Below, in pieces: positions 18,220 through 28,348 of a DNA stretch of 64,000 nucleotides. This stretch comes from an uncultured Spirochaetota bacterium (lineage in GTDB: Bacteria > Spirochaetota > UBA4802 > UBA5550). The translations under genes and the position numbers were made by a program. The stretch covers positions 192,001 through 256,000 of the forward strand of contig CAWHAA010000006.1 of NCBI GenBank assembly GCA_963827275.1, written 5' to 3'. Each line of letters begins with the position of its first letter. The first letter of the stretch is position 1. The notes beneath the pieces were generated by a model. The model was given only the letters and a program-made list of their open reading frames with translations. It searched no databases and was not told the origin of the DNA.

Positions 18220-20661
18220 ATGGAGCGTATAAGGCGGTTTATTGAATCTTCTTTCAGCAAGGAGATCCGGGCGAAATTTACAATCGACGGCAACCCGGGT
18301 TTATTCGTTGATTGCCCGGAAAACCTGAACCCTGAAATCAGGAAGATTCTTTCCAACCAGGGTATAACAAAACTGTATGAGCACCAGGCAGAGGCGTTCC
18401 GCTCGATCGAGGGCAACCTCCATACGCTGGTCGTGTCACGGACCGCGAGCGGCAAAACGCTCTCTTTTTTCCTTCCGATCATCAATGAATATCTCCGCGC
18501 GGACCAGCCTTTCACGGTACTGCTTCTCTATCCGACCAAGGCGCTGTCACGTGACCAGGAAAAGACATTCGGAAAGCTTATGGAAGTGGTTGAACGGAGC
18601 GGGAAGCTGGGCACCTTTGACGGGGATACGCCGCGCGATGAGCGTGAGCGGATACAGCGCTCGGCCGATTTCATCGTGACAAATCCCGACATGCTCCACA
18701 GCGGCATTTTGCCCAACCACAATAAGAAATGGCGCGGTTTTCTCTCCAGGCTCCGGTACGTCGTGGTCGACGAAGTCCACATGTACCGCGGCGCGTTCGG
18801 GTCGCATGTGTCAAATGTGTTCAGGAGGCTTCAGCGCGTCTGCGCCATCCACGGCAGCGACCCGGTGTTCGTCTGCTCTTCCGCCACCATACGTAACCCG
18901 CAGGAGCACGCGCGCCTCCTGTTTCATCGTGACTTCAACGTGGTGGATTATGATTCATCCCCCCAGCCCGATAAATATTTTTACTTTATAAACCCCGCGC
19001 TCCAGGAAAGCCACGGGCATGACGTGTACCGCAAGGGGCCGGCGTCGGTGTCCATCCCCCTCATCAGGGAGGCTGCGCGGAGGAAGATACGCACCATCTG
19101 CTTCTGCAGGGCGCGCCAGGAGGTAGAGCGCCTCTACCGTGCGGTAACCGACGGCTGCCCGGAATTGCGGGAAACGGTGCAGCCGTACCGGGGCGGACTC
19201 CTCCCGAACGAACGCCGCCAGATCGAGCGCGACCTCGCCGAGGGCAAAATACTCGCCATCATCACCACCAACGCACTCGAGCTCGGTATCGATATCGGCG
19301 ACCTCGACCTCTGCATCCTTTCAGGACACCCCGGCACGATCGCCAGCTTCTGGCAGCAGGCGGGCAGGGTGGGACGAAAGGGCACGCCGCCGGTGATCGT
19401 CTACGCGGCGAAAGACCGCCCGATAGACCAGTACCTCGTCCATCACCCGGATTTCCTCACGACAACGCCGATCGAACAGGCGCTTCTCAACCCTGACAAT
19501 CCTTATATCATCCTCCAGCACCTTCCCTGCGCAGCGCAGGAACACCCGCTCCGCGAGGCGGAGGACGGCTTTGACGGCGCCATCTACTCTGAGTCGGTCA
19601 AAATATTAAGGGAAGACAAGGTAGTCGTTCCCTATCACGATGCCCTGCGCTACGCGTTACAGGACTACCCGGCGCGCGGCGTCAACATCCGCGGGATGAC
19701 CGATTACAATGTCGAAATATATTGCGGCACGCAGGTGATCGGCGAGCTTGACCCGATCGGCGCGCGGGGTACATTGTACAAGGACGCGATATACCAGCAC
19801 CTCGGGCGCAAATACATGTCGATGGACCTCGATCTCGACAAGAAGCTCTGCCGGGTGGAGCCGATCGATGTCGATTACTACACCGAGGCGGTCTGGGAAG
19901 GAAGGGTCGAGCTGGTCGAATCGGAAGAGCTGCATGTTTTCAACAACGCGCGCATTGAGTTCGGCGCCATCAGGGTGAACCGCCAGCCAAAGCTTTACAA
20001 GAAGATACGCGAACGGACGTACGAAAATATCGGGTACGGTCCCATTACCCTCCCGGCGTTTGAATATGACACGACCGGTTTCAGTATCGTTGCCCCCCCG
20101 GAGTGGACCGCGGCAATGGACGCGAAAAACAAGCTCTATGCCGGCGCCGCGTACTTCGGGCTCAGCTACGTCCTGCGGCACGCGTCAACGGTATTCTGCA
20201 TGTCGGACATCAAGGACATCAATACCGATATCTCCCTCTATGAGGCCCTGCCGGGCGTATGGCGGAGCGCGCTCTACCTCTATGATACCATCGAGGGGGG
20301 CGTCGGGTATGCGGAGCGGGTCTTCGAGCGGATCGAGGAAGCGCTGCGGTTCTGCCGGGACCTGATGGACAATTGCGAATGCGAATACGGGTGCCCCTCA
20401 TGCGTCCCGTCCCTGCCTCCCGGTGTTGACAGCAGGGAGCTCGAGGAATTTCTGGTGGAATCAAACGCCGCGATCAAATGCACCGCGAGCCTGCTCACGG
20501 CGCTACTTGAAAAAAGGACCGTTCTTCCGGACATCATGATCGGGAAAACCCCGATAGAAAAGAGGCCTGCGCCCCCGGAGGACATCGAGAAAAAGCGCGT
20601 GGTCCAGAAGCTTGGACGCGCCGCACGGATTCTCAAGGAAAAGAGGGAGCGGCTCCATTGA
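18220..20661 (+). CDS. mrfA: DEAD/DEAH helicase with C-terminal DUF1998 (MrfA/YprA/Hrq1 family)
   Basis: LYEHQ, TASGKT, YPTKAL, TNPDMLH, DEVH, SAT, QQAGRVGR; C-terminal YD..EGG.G and CECEYGCPSC. Confidence 0.92.
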   Translation: MERIRRFIESSFSKEIRAKFTIDGNPGLFVDCPENLNPEIRKILSNQGITKLYEHQAEAFRSIEGNLHTLVVSRTASGKTLSFFLPIINEYLRADQPFTVLLLYPTKALSRDQEKTFGKLMEVVERSGKLGTFDGDTPRDERERIQRSADFIVTNPDMLHSGILPNHNKKWRGFLSRLRYVVVDEVHMYRGAFGSHVSNVFRRLQRVCAIHGSDPVFVCSSATIRNPQEHARLLFHRDFNVVDYDSSPQPDKYFYFINPALQESHGHDVYRKGPASVSIPLIREAARRKIRTICFCRARQEVERLYRAVTDGCPELRETVQPYRGGLLPNERRQIERDLAEGKILAIITTNALELGIDIGDLDLCILSGHPGTIASFWQQAGRVGRKGTPPVIVYAAKDRPIDQYLVHHPDFLTTTPIEQALLNPDNPYIILQHLPCAAQEHPLREAEDGFDGAIYSESVKILREDKVVVPYHDALRYALQDYPARGVNIRGMTDYNVEIYCGTQVIGELDPIGARGTLYKDAIYQHLGRKYMSMDLDLDKKLCRVEPIDVDYYTEAVWEGRVELVESEELHVFNNARIEFGAIRVNRQPKLYKKIRERTYENIGYGPITLPAFEYDTTGFSIVAPPEWTAAMDAKNKLYAGAAYFGLSYVLRHASTVFCMSDIKDINTDISLYEALPGVWRSALYLYDTIEGGVGYAERVFERIEEALRFCRDLMDNCECEYGCPSCVPSLPPGVDSRELEEFLVESNAAIKCTASLLTALLEKRTVLPDIMIGKTPIEKRPAPPEDIEKKRVVQKLGRAARILKEKRERLH

Positions 20662-21437
20662 TACGCGGATGTTTCAGGCACCTGACGGGCATCGGCCCCA
20701 GGACTGCGGAGGCTCTCTCCGGGTGCGGGTTCGCCACCTGGGAGGACTGCATGGCGAATGAAAACACGCTGCCCTTCAACGGCAAGAGGCGGAAGCGGTT
20801 CCTGGCGGAGGTCAGGGAGAGCGCCAGTGCGCTCGGCGCGAACGATATCCGCTATTTCACGTCATCATTCCCTGCTGCGGAGCAATGGCGAATTCTGAAT
20901 GATTATTTCGGTGCGGCGGCATTTATTGATGTTGAAACCACCGGCCTGTCGCGTAATTCGTGTCACGCATCGGTCATAGCCGCATATTACCGGGGAGAAC
21001 TTCATTCGTTCGTGTACGGGGAAAACCTCGACGACTTCCTCTCCTTTGCTGACGGGGCAGACCTTATCGTCACGTTCAACGGGAGCTCTTTTGACATCCC
21101 GTTCATTGAAAAGACATTCAACATCCCGAGCCTTGACCGGCCCCACGTCGATCTCCGCTGGGTCGCGTGGCACCGCGGGTTCCGTGGAGGCCTGAAGTCG
21201 ATTGAACGCCAGATGGGAATACGCAGGCCATCACGCATCGAGGGGATAGACGGGTTCGAAGCGGTTGATCTTTTCTATAAGTGGCAGGCGGGCGACAGAG
21301 AAGCGCGGGAAAGCCTGATCACATACTGCGAAGCGGATGTCATCGCCACGTCGCTTGTCGCAGAGCGGCTGCTGGCGATGAATAATGCGGGCAGGGGCAT
21401 TTCTGACCCGGCAGAGGCATTTCAGAAGCTTGCATGA
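20658..21437 (+). CDS. mrfB: YprB/MrfB-like RNase H-fold DEDD exonuclease
   Basis: GIGP HhH-like N-terminus; IDVETTG, TFNGSSFDIP, HVDL, GGLKSIE, YCEADV. Coupled to the helicase by a 4-nt overlap. Confidence 0.85.
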   Translation: MIRGCFRHLTGIGPRTAEALSGCGFATWEDCMANENTLPFNGKRRKRFLAEVRESASALGANDIRYFTSSFPAAEQWRILNDYFGAAAFIDVETTGLSRNSCHASVIAAYYRGELHSFVYGENLDDFLSFADGADLIVTFNGSSFDIPFIEKTFNIPSLDRPHVDLRWVAWHRGFRGGLKSIERQMGIRRPSRIEGIDGFEAVDLFYKWQAGDREARESLITYCEADVIATSLVAERLLAMNNAGRGISDPAEAFQKLA

Positions 21438-21451
21438 AAGCCCCCTGCGGG

Positions 21452-21679
21452 TCACAGTTTCTCAATTCCGACAAAGCCTTCGATCCCGGATAGTTCCTGC
21501 CGAACCCTCTCAACGACAGGCTCTTCGATGCGTATGCAAACGCCGCAGTCGGAGCTGATAGAGCGCGGGACGGGGATCAATTTGTGGGGAATGTTCTTCT
21601 CCTTCAGCAATTTATCCGCCCACATCGTCTGGTTGACGGATTCGAATATCGCCACATGGTATTTCGGTGATTCTTTCAT
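21452..21679 (-). CDS. DUF3343 family protein (putative Se/S carrier)
   Basis: F.S......A.K.LK, LIPVPRSISSDCG. Confidence 0.85.
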   Translation of the reverse strand: MKESPKYHVAIFESVNQTMWADKLLKEKNIPHKLIPVPRSISSDCGVCIRIEEPVVERVRQELSGIEGFVGIEKL

Positions 21680-22281
21680 ATATTCACGGTAGATGACGCG
21701 GTCAGCATCAGCTCCTTTATCTCGTACATGTTCGATATAGCCCCGGCGGCAAGGCTGTTCTTCAGGTTAAAAAAGTCAAGGCAGGTCCCGCAGGCCAGTA
21801 TGCGCACGCCGTTTTTCTCAAGCGACCTGACATCCTCCAGGACAGGCGATCCTGACACAAGCAGCTTGACGCCGCTGTTGAAAAACACGATGACCTCCGG
21901 GGCCGGGCTGGTTTCAGCGAGGGTATGAAAAAAGCTTTTGATCAGTAGTTGCCCGAGCGCATCGTCTCCCCTGCCCATGACGTCCTGCGATAGAACGAGC
22001 ACTTTCGGGCCGGTCACTGGACATGACTGTTCAATTGCGGCACCCTGTGCGGGATCGGTTGACGCGGCCGTTCCGGTTTTTCTCAGCGTTATGTAAAATC
22101 CATCCGGTTTTTGTTCATAACTGACGGTACAACCGGAGTTTCGGGCCATCCGGGTGATATTTTCGAGGGCAGTTGTATTATCAACAATTGTCATTACCTC
22201 GTCGTGGGAACCGAGGGCTTTTTTTGTATTAATGACCGGCTGCGGGCAGGCGAGCCCGCGGGCGTCAACCGTATGTTTCAT
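21676..22281 (-). CDS. yedF: Selenium-metabolism protein YedF (TusA/SirA + DsrE-like fusion)
   Basis: DARGLACPQPV; MGRGDDALG; ACGTCLDFF; SNMYEI. SD AGGAG before ATG 22281. Confidence 0.88.
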   Translation of the reverse strand: MKHTVDARGLACPQPVINTKKALGSHDEVMTIVDNTTALENITRMARNSGCTVSYEQKPDGFYITLRKTGTAASTDPAQGAAIEQSCPVTGPKVLVLSQDVMGRGDDALGQLLIKSFFHTLAETSPAPEVIVFFNSGVKLLVSGSPVLEDVRSLEKNGVRILACGTCLDFFNLKNSLAAGAISNMYEIKELMLTASSTVNI

Positions 22282-22504
22282 AGTTGCGACTCCTGTTGCC
22301 ACATCATAAGGCAATTTTGATGTGTGATGATGACAATTTCGTACTGTCTCGCCTTTTGTGTCAATATAAATAATAGATGTGTACTATTCAGATTATTGAT
22401 ATTATTTGGAAATAATGATCAGTATTTTCGGAACGAAATACTAAATATATGTTGACTATATATATTAATATAGCATACGGTGGCAGTATCAGATCAGTTA
22501 AACA

Positions 22505-23680
22505 ATGGATTGCAAAAAGATACTACACGTTGACATGGACGCGTTTTTTGCGTCAGTCGAGCAGAGAAACAATCCCGCTCTCCGCGGCAAGCCGGTGATC
22601 GTTGGCGGCGATCCCGGGAAAAGGGGCGTGGTTGCCGCATGCTCCTACGAGGCGCGGAAATACGGCATTCACTCGGCCATGGCCTCAAGCATCGCGCGCC
22701 GCCTCTGTCCACATGCGGTCTTCATGCGCGGCAACTTCGACGAATACATCCGGGTCTCAGAGGAGATCAATCATATTTTCCATGAATATACCGACCTGGT
22801 TGAACCTCTCTCCCTTGACGAGGCATACCTCGATGTCACTGAAAACAGGGCGAACCTGCCATCCGCAACCCTGATTGCGGCAGAAATCCGCAAAAAGATT
22901 TTTGAACAGACCGGCCTGACCGCCTCTGCCGGGGTATCGTACTGCAAGTTTCTCGCCAAGGTGGCATCAGATTATCGAAAACCCGATGGATTGACCGTTA
23001 TAACTCCCGCGAAGGCCGGAGCATTCATAGCCAGCCTTCCCATCGGCAAATTTTACGGGATAGGCAAAGTAACCGAGAATAAAATGATAAAACTTGGCAT
23101 CAGAACGGGCGCCGATCTGAAGAAGGTCCCGCGTAATGACCTTGTCAGGCTCTTTGGCAGGGTAGGTGAATATTATTATGACATTGCGCGCGGGAGCGAC
23201 GACCGCCCGGTCGAGCCGGAGTCGATAAGAAAATCCATCGGGAAGGAAGTGACCCTCGAGAAAGACATCGATGATAGAGACCGCATGCATGAGATTCTTG
23301 GGACAATTGCGGGCAGGGTCGCCTCTTCCTTGGCCGACCACGAATCAAAGGGCAGGACGATCACTCTCAAGGTCAAATTTGCTGATTTTACATGCGTCAC
23401 CAGGAGCATCACCATCACCGAACCGTGCGATGATAGCGACATGCTGTTGATGCACGCGCGCAATCTTCTTGCAAAAACCGAAGCCGGATTGAAAAAGATC
23501 CGGCTCCTCGGGATATCCGTTTCAAATCTGGACACGGCGGTAGAAGCGCAGGAGGAGAGACAGCTGCTGCTTCCATTTGCCGGCGGAAAAGAACCAGTGC
23601 GGCCCTGGATGCACGGTGAGCTGATACGTTTCCGGGGCTTCTGCGGTCAGAATTCGAGCGTATTGACCGCACGGGGGTAG
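22505..23680 (+). CDS. dinB: DNA polymerase IV
   Basis: [33 protein letters not shown], little-finger domain, QLLLPF clamp-binding motif. Confidence 0.97.
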   Translation: MDCKKILHVDMDAFFASVEQRNNPALRGKPVIVGGDPGKRGVVAACSYEARKYGIHSAMASSIARRLCPHAVFMRGNFDEYIRVSEEINHIFHEYTDLVEPLSLDEAYLDVTENRANLPSATLIAAEIRKKIFEQTGLTASAGVSYCKFLAKVASDYRKPDGLTVITPAKAGAFIASLPIGKFYGIGKVTENKMIKLGIRTGADLKKVPRNDLVRLFGRVGEYYYDIARGSDDRPVEPESIRKSIGKEVTLEKDIDDRDRMHEILGTIAGRVASSLADHESKGRTITLKVKFADFTCVTRSITITEPCDDSDMLLMHARNLLAKTEAGLKKIRLLGISVSNLDTAVEAQEERQLLLPFAGGKEPVRPWMHGELIRFRGFCGQNSSVLTARG

Positions 23681-25032
23681 GGAATCACGTCCCTGATGTT
23701 CTGCATGCCGGTGACGAACTGGATAAGGCGCTCGAAACCCAGGCCGAAGCCCGAATGCGGGACAGAGCCGAATTTCCTGAGATCGAGATACCACCAGTAA
23801 TCGTCAGGGTTAAGGCCGCATTCCAGGATCCTGCCTTTCAGCCTCTCGAGGTCGGCTTCGCGTTCGCTCCCGCCGACGATTTCGCCCAGCCGTGGAACGA
23901 GGATGTCCATGGCCCGGACGGTCTTATTGTCATCGTTCACCTTCATGTAGAAGGCCTTGATCTCCTTCGGGTAGTCGGTGATGATCACCGGCAGGCGGTA
24001 CACCTGTTCCGTCAAAAATTTTTCATGTTCGCTCTGGAGGTCTATCCCCCAGGAAACGGGGAACTCGAATTTCATACCCGACGCAAGCAGTTTGTCAACC
24101 GCTTCAGTATAGGTGATCCTCTTGAATTCGCTGGTTATGATATGCTGGAGGTTCTCGATGATGCCCTTGCTGATTCTCGAATCGAAAAAATCCATGTCGT
24201 CCGGGCATTTTTCTATCACGTACCGGAATATGTACTTCAAAAATTCCTCGGCAATGTCCATGTTGCCCCTGATGTCGCAGAACGCCATCTCCGGCTCTAT
24301 CATCCAGAACTCGGCGAGATGGCGCGAGGTGTTGGAATTCTCGGCCCTGAAGGTGGGCCCGAAGGTGTATATTTTCTTCAGGGCGCAGGCGTAGGTCTCG
24401 CCTTCGAGCTGGCCGCTGACGGTGAGAGACGCCTTCTTGCCGAAAAAGTCCTGCGCGTAATCGACCGCGCCGTTGAGCAGGGGCGGCCTGTCGATGGGCA
24501 GCGTCGTCACCTGGAACATTTCGCCGGCCCCTTCGGCGTCGCTGCCGGTGATGATCGGGGTGTGCACGTACACAAAGCCGTGCTCCTGAAAAAATGTATG
24601 GATGGCGAAGCTCATGGCGCTCCGGATCCGCGCGACAGCACCGAAGGAATTGGTGCGCGCCCTGAGATGGGCGATTTCGCGAAGGAATTCGAAGGAGTGC
24701 TTCTTTTTTTGAAGCGCGTATTCTTCCACCGGGGCGGTGCCGATCACCTCGATGCTCCTCGCGCTGACTTCTACCGCCTGCCCCTGTCCCGGTGACGGTA
24801 TCAGGGTGCCCCTGACCACCACGCTGCTTCCGGTGGTCAGGTCACGGGGCACGGTCATGGCCCCGGGGCCGGTACTGTCTATGACAACCTGGATGTTCCT
24901 GATCGTGGAGCCGTCATTGACTTCGAGAAACGTGACGCCCTTCGATTCGCGTTTGGTGCGGACCCAGCCTTCAACGGTAATTGCGTCGCCGTTGCCGGGC
25001 ATCGAGAGAATGGTTTTTATCGCGATGTTCAT
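23647..25032 (-). CDS. asnS: Asparagine--tRNA ligase
   Basis: GWVRTKR OB-fold, [43 protein letters not shown]. Confidence 0.97.
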   Translation of the reverse strand: MNIAIKTILSMPGNGDAITVEGWVRTKRESKGVTFLEVNDGSTIRNIQVVIDSTGPGAMTVPRDLTTGSSVVVRGTLIPSPGQGQAVEVSARSIEVIGTAPVEEYALQKKKHSFEFLREIAHLRARTNSFGAVARIRSAMSFAIHTFFQEHGFVYVHTPIITGSDAEGAGEMFQVTTLPIDRPPLLNGAVDYAQDFFGKKASLTVSGQLEGETYACALKKIYTFGPTFRAENSNTSRHLAEFWMIEPEMAFCDIRGNMDIAEEFLKYIFRYVIEKCPDDMDFFDSRISKGIIENLQHIITSEFKRITYTEAVDKLLASGMKFEFPVSWGIDLQSEHEKFLTEQVYRLPVIITDYPKEIKAFYMKVNDDNKTVRAMDILVPRLGEIVGGSEREADLERLKGRILECGLNPDDYWWYLDLRKFGSVPHSGFGLGFERLIQFVTGMQNIRDVIPYPRAVNTLEF

Positions 25033-25040
25033 GATGCACC

Positions 25041-26276
25041 TTAATAGAGATATATCGGGTGGGAATCGGGGTTCTTGCCGAAAAATGTTATATCGTCGAT
25101 CTTCTTTACCTTTTCCCCACGCAGCAGAGAGTAGAGCGTTCTCTCCACACCAATCCCGCCGCCCATGGTATCCGGAAATACCGGCGTTCCGTCCGGGTTC
25201 TTCATCGACGTGAAGAAGAGGAACGGCCCGTAGCCGCCCAGCTCGTTGATGTTTTCAATATTGCCATCCCTGATTACCGGACGGACCGGGAGGACCTTAT
25301 TGTCGATTATGCGCTCTATGATCGGCTCGAACAGCCATTCACGAATGGCGCCGGAGAGTATCTCCATCGCGGGCGATTGTTTTCCGGTCCGCGCGTCAGT
25401 GCTTTTCGCGAGTATGTCATAATTGAAAATATTGGCCGATGATATATTCTGCATATCGACTTTTTTTTCATGCGGCAGCAGGTACGGATATACCAGGTCG
25501 TAGTTTTCGCGGAGCAGGCCGGTAATCCAGAAGAACGGTGAAGCGCATTCTTCCCCTGTTTTTTCCTCGTAATGACGCGCGCCGTGCTTTTTAACGCAAT
25601 CATCCTTGCGGAAGGAGGGGAACGGGGACTTCGGGACTTCCAGCACCACTCCGAGGCTTTTCAGGCTGTCCGCGTTCTTCCTGTTGATCTCCTCGCAGGC
25701 GGCAATGATCAATTTTTCGAAAAATCGCATCACGATCTTCATGTCCTCGTTGAGTATCTCGGTCACCTTCTCCTGATTGTAATAATAATCATCGAGGGTG
25801 AGACCGCGGTTGCGCCTCAATTCCACATCTATCTGGGAAAAGTCCGCGAGGTAGCGTCCGCGCTGGATGCCCATGGGGCTTTCTATCTCGAGGCGGATAT
25901 TCGGAGAATCAACGAATATCCCCCTCATTTTCGGGTTTGAGCAGGCAAGAAACTTGCTGTATATCATGCTGTGCGTCGTCAGGTAGGTATGCCCCTTGTA
26001 CTGGATAGAAGGGGTGTGCTCTATGTCGTGAGCCAGCGGGTCGGTGATGATGCTCAGCATGACCCGCTCGAGGTTGAGAAGGCCCTCGTGTATCATGAAT
26101 TGGGTGGCGGCGTTAACAAAGCTTGTCCGTATGGCGGAGACGTGGTACATGTCTTCGGAAACCCACTTGTCCAGGTAATTCTCCCGGATATAGTCTTCCA
26201 TCGAGGATCCGTTTTCGTTGATCGCCGACTGGAAACGGTAGAGGCTTTCACCGATCTTTTTTATATTGTCTTCCAT
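25041..26276 (-). CDS. Archaeal-type asparagine synthetase A (AsnRS catalytic-core paralog, AS-AR/AsnRS2)
   Basis: No OB-fold; [56 protein letters not shown]. Confidence 0.8.
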   Translation of the reverse strand: MEDNIKKIGESLYRFQSAINENGSSMEDYIRENYLDKWVSEDMYHVSAIRTSFVNAATQFMIHEGLLNLERVMLSIITDPLAHDIEHTPSIQYKGHTYLTTHSMIYSKFLACSNPKMRGIFVDSPNIRLEIESPMGIQRGRYLADFSQIDVELRRNRGLTLDDYYYNQEKVTEILNEDMKIVMRFFEKLIIAACEEINRKNADSLKSLGVVLEVPKSPFPSFRKDDCVKKHGARHYEEKTGEECASPFFWITGLLRENYDLVYPYLLPHEKKVDMQNISSANIFNYDILAKSTDARTGKQSPAMEILSGAIREWLFEPIIERIIDNKVLPVRPVIRDGNIENINELGGYGPFLFFTSMKNPDGTPVFPDTMGGGIGVERTLYSLLRGEKVKKIDDITFFGKNPDSHPIYLY

Positions 26277-26566
26277 GTTGTTTAGTCCCGCTAAATTTAT
26301 TTAAACCACGGATCGGATTAATGCAGTGGCGGTTAATCCATTCACGAAGGTTTATACTCCGGCTAAGATCAACCTTCGAACATTTACGCACGTTGTCAAA
26401 TATAATTTTTTATCGGCGTTTACTATGTCGTTGCACGCCGATCCGCAACAATGGTATTAATTTACCGCCGTGTAACATGATAGGGGATATTAAGATTTAC
26501 ACAGCGAAAATTCATCTGTACATTGTAATTGTACGATGAAGTCAATGTTACCGACTGGAGATTGAC

Positions 26567-26836
26567 ATGGAAAGCAGCAGGCTGTTAGTTGAAAACCTTG
26601 ACAACCTGACCACCAAAGAGCACCTCGAGAGCATCTTCTCAACCTACGGAGATGTTGAACGGGTGATGGTGCGGAAGGACAGGGGGTTCGTGGAGATGAT
26701 GTCTGTTTCAGAGGCGAAACGCGCCAGGGAAATCCTCGACGGGGCGAACCTGTGGGGCAGGTCCATGAAAATCCACGCGATGAATGACACCTTCCGCAAC
26801 CGGGTGATATACCTGATAAGCAGGTTGTTCATGTAG
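26567..26836 (+). CDS. RRM RNA-binding protein
   Basis: LLVENL (RNP2), RGFVEM (RNP1), A...LDG..L.GR.MKI. SD GGAG. Confidence 0.85.
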   Translation: MESSRLLVENLDNLTTKEHLESIFSTYGDVERVMVRKDRGFVEMMSVSEAKRAREILDGANLWGRSMKIHAMNDTFRNRVIYLISRLFM

Positions 26837-26955
26837 GAAAGGGGCCCCCGCGGTCCGGCGTGGGGATAGTATCGTCCCGTTGATTATCTCATCCGGCAGC
26901 TTCCATTCGCCCATTGAACTCTACCAGTCCAGACTGACGCGCATCAGCAAAACAA

Positions 26956-28248
26956 TCATAATCCGATTTTATCATAGATTGCCGGGATGTTCTTCAAAAA
27001 CCTGTTTAAATCGAACACGGAATCTATCTCCGCGCGGGAAAGCTTTGTACTTACAACCGGGTCCTTGATGCAGAGCTCTTGAAGAGTGCCCTCGCGCGAC
27101 CATACGCGCATGGCCATCTCCTGCACGATACTGTATGAATCTTCGCGCGCGAGGCCCTTTTCCACAAGGGCGAGGAGGAGGGTCTGTGAAAAGAAGAGCC
27201 CCCCGGTCTTCTGGATGTTCTCCATCATTGATTCCGGGTAGACGTGGAGGTTCTCGATTATAAAGATCATCCGGTGGAGGAGGTAGTCGAGCGCGATGGT
27301 CGAGTCAGGGAAGATGATCCTCTCGGCCGATGAGTGGGAGATGTCGCGCTCATGCCAGAGGGTCATGTTGTCGAGGGCGACATTCATGTTCGCCTTGATC
27401 ACGCGCGAAATGCCGGTAACCCGCTCGCACAGGATCGGGTTGCGCTTGTGGGGCATGGCTGAAGAGCCCTTCTGCCCCTTCTGGAAGGGTTCTTCAGCTT
27501 CACGGACCTCGGTCCGCTGCAAGTGCCGTATCTCCGTGGCGAGCTGGTCAAGGCTCCCCGCGCAGATCGCAAGGGCGGACATGAATTCAGCGTGTCGGTC
27601 GCGCTGGATCACCTGGGTGGATATGGGGTCCGGCGCGAGACCGAGCCGGGCGCATACGCGCTTTTCAATGTCAGGCGAGATGTTGCTGAAGGTGCCCACC
27701 GCGCCGGAAAATTTTCCGAACGATACCCCCTGTATCGCCCTGACGAGGCGTTCACGGTCGCGCTTGAATTCCTCGTAATAGAGCGCCATCTTTACCCCGA
27801 ACGTGGTCGGCTCCGCGTGGACGCCGTGGGAACGGCCCATGCACGGGGTGAGCTTGTATTTCAGCGCCTTGTCTTTCAGGGCCAGGATGAGCTGGTCCAG
27901 GCCCTGCACGATTATTTCACCCGACTGGCGCAGCTGTATCGAAAGGGCGGTATCAACGATATCGCTCGAGGTGAGGCCATAATGAATATACCTGCTCGAA
28001 GGCCCTACGTGTTCCCCCACGGCGGTCAGGAAGGCGATAACGTCGTGGTGGACCTGGTTCTCGATCTCCAGGATGCGGTCAACCTCAAATGACGCTTTCT
28101 CCTTGATAATTTTCAGGTCGCCCGGGGGAATCACGCCGTCTTCTGCCTGTACCTCGCAGACGGCGATCTCGATATCGAGCCATATCCTGAATTTGTTCTC
28201 AAGCTCCCAGATACCGGATATCTCTTTCCTGGAATATCTGTCGATCAT
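26956..28248 (-). CDS. purB: Adenylosuccinate lyase
   Basis: MIDRY, HHDVIAF, GRSHGVHAEP, GSSAMPHKRNP, WHERDISHSS. Confidence 0.97.
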   Translation of the reverse strand: MIDRYSRKEISGIWELENKFRIWLDIEIAVCEVQAEDGVIPPGDLKIIKEKASFEVDRILEIENQVHHDVIAFLTAVGEHVGPSSRYIHYGLTSSDIVDTALSIQLRQSGEIIVQGLDQLILALKDKALKYKLTPCMGRSHGVHAEPTTFGVKMALYYEEFKRDRERLVRAIQGVSFGKFSGAVGTFSNISPDIEKRVCARLGLAPDPISTQVIQRDRHAEFMSALAICAGSLDQLATEIRHLQRTEVREAEEPFQKGQKGSSAMPHKRNPILCERVTGISRVIKANMNVALDNMTLWHERDISHSSAERIIFPDSTIALDYLLHRMIFIIENLHVYPESMMENIQKTGGLFFSQTLLLALVEKGLAREDSYSIVQEMAMRVWSREGTLQELCIKDPVVSTKLSRAEIDSVFDLNRFLKNIPAIYDKIGL

Positions 28249-28348
28249 AGCGCCTCTCAAAAGTGTTATTGGTTCGAGACATATACAAGAGTAGTTTTTA
28301 TACAAAGCGTCATTATTATGTCAATTCATAATGTTGCCCGGGGGCAAA

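Noticed and set aside
18220..20661. DISARM/Druantia-type defence system based on the DUF1998 helicase
   Set aside because: No methylase, DrmA/C/D or other defence genes adjacent; the partner is a YprB-like exonuclease.
23755..24795. Long antisense ORFs (for example 23755..24795, 4616..5455, 7527..8486, 51424..52347)
   Set aside because: Shadows of well-supported genes on the opposite strand, typical of GC-rich codon usage; no motifs.
26281..26400. T-box riboswitch ahead of the asnS operon
   Set aside because: No GGTGGNACCGCG T-box motif, no terminator, and the leader is too short.
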